Below are positions 63,301 through 64,000 of a stretch of 64,000 nt of DNA, piece by piece. Position numbers and translations under genes: made by a program. Below the pieces are notes generated by a model. The model worked only from the letters and a program-made list of their open reading frames with translations, was not told the DNA's origin and searched no databases. This DNA comes from Hormiphora californensis (lineage: Eukaryota; Animalia; Ctenophora), in contig CM035360.1 of assembly GCA_020137815.1 (NCBI GenBank), forward strand, positions 6,820,001 to 6,884,000, given 5' to 3'. The stretch's first letter is position 1, and each line of letters starts with the position of its first letter.

Positions 63301-63620
63301 TTTTTTCCTTTTTCCCCTTGGTTCACCAAACTGGATCCGTTAAAAGAGCCCCTTGAGGTACAAATATTTTTTTTCTCACCCCTCCCCTTTTTTTCATTTT
63401 GGGAATTTGCTCAAATTTTCCAGGGCTCGCTTGGGCCCCTTCAAGTTCCCTTTTTCCTTCCTCCCGGGTGTTGCTTGAAAGCCCGGGGGGGGGTTCGGAA
63501 TTGTGGGATTTTTATCTTTTAAAAGTTTTTCCAAAATGGTTTCTCTGCGCTCCCCTTTTCGCCCGATGGTTGGGGTTTCTAGGGTTAGTTGGGCCCCGGT
63601 TTTTCTTCCGATGAAGAAAT
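60105..63620. other. Low-quality/garbled consensus
   Basis: Almost entirely homopolymer runs; smeared kinase SH2 exon and LINE remnants are visible; the ORFs are F/P/G/K low-complexity artefacts. Confidence 0.88.
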
Positions 63621-64000
63621 CTTTAAAACGTTCTCGTCTCCTCTGCAATGAGTAAAGGTCCAACACGCGTAATCTTTCCCAGTAATTGAGAGATGCAAGT
63701 CCATTGATTTTAGCAGTGAAGGACCTCTGCAGAGCTTCGAGACGGCCGATGTCACCAACTGAGGTGAGGAGACCAATAGGAGACACATATTCTAGTTGAG
63801 GCCTCACAAAGGACTTCAGTAGAGTGAGCATCGTATCCTTGTCTCTAGATTCAAATGACCGGAGAATTCTACCAGAAACCTGTTTGGCTTTACCACAGAT
63901 TTCTGTGATGTGATCCTTCCAGTTGAGACCAGTATCCACAGTAACTCCCAGGTCATCTGACCAGTCTCCGTGGATGTAACGATGTGTTCCGTTAGAAAGA
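63620..64000 (-). mobile_element. LINE (CR1-like) reverse transcriptase fragment
   Basis: DLGVTVDTGLNWKDHI...LLKSFVRPQLEY...LEALQRSFTAKI..LNYWERLRVLDLYSLQRRRER. Confidence 0.92.

Noticed and set aside
60105-63620. Pro/Gly/Phe/Lys-rich ORFs or G-quadruplex island
   Set aside because: Homopolymer-smeared low-quality consensus over kinase exons and a LINE.

Overview
Intron-rich eukaryotic (animal) genomic DNA, most likely a cydippid ctenophore (Pleurobrachia-like). That assignment is a moderate-confidence inference from a recurrent hAT-type MITE and the CTAAC-polypyrimidine-AG intron ends. Spliced genes reconstructed by hand: a partial SLC22/MFS transporter (+) and eight co-oriented minus-strand genes, namely ECHDC3, RPE, a divergent PLOD-like gene, an AP-2 (TFAP2) transcription factor, a ~3,195-aa secreted Cys/Arg-rich repeat protein, LKAAEAR1, an orphan type-I membrane protein nested in the last intron of LKAAEAR1, and a partial Src/Frk-family kinase. 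The most striking pattern is that three tandem arrays (34-bp x ~190, 44-bp x ~23, 43-bp x 6) and three shorter duplications are amplified copies of a gene's own 3' splice site plus the first bases of the exon, so only the last copy leads into the coding exon. Also present: a Penelope-like inverted-pLTR insertion with minimal hammerhead ribozymes, a poly(A)-tailed retroposon with 457-bp monomers and a 12-bp TSD, several MITE/Helitron-like elements, CR1/L2-type LINE fragments and many (GA)n tracts. The assembly appears to carry single-base homopolymer insertion errors, and ~5045-5690 and ~60105-63620 are garbled.
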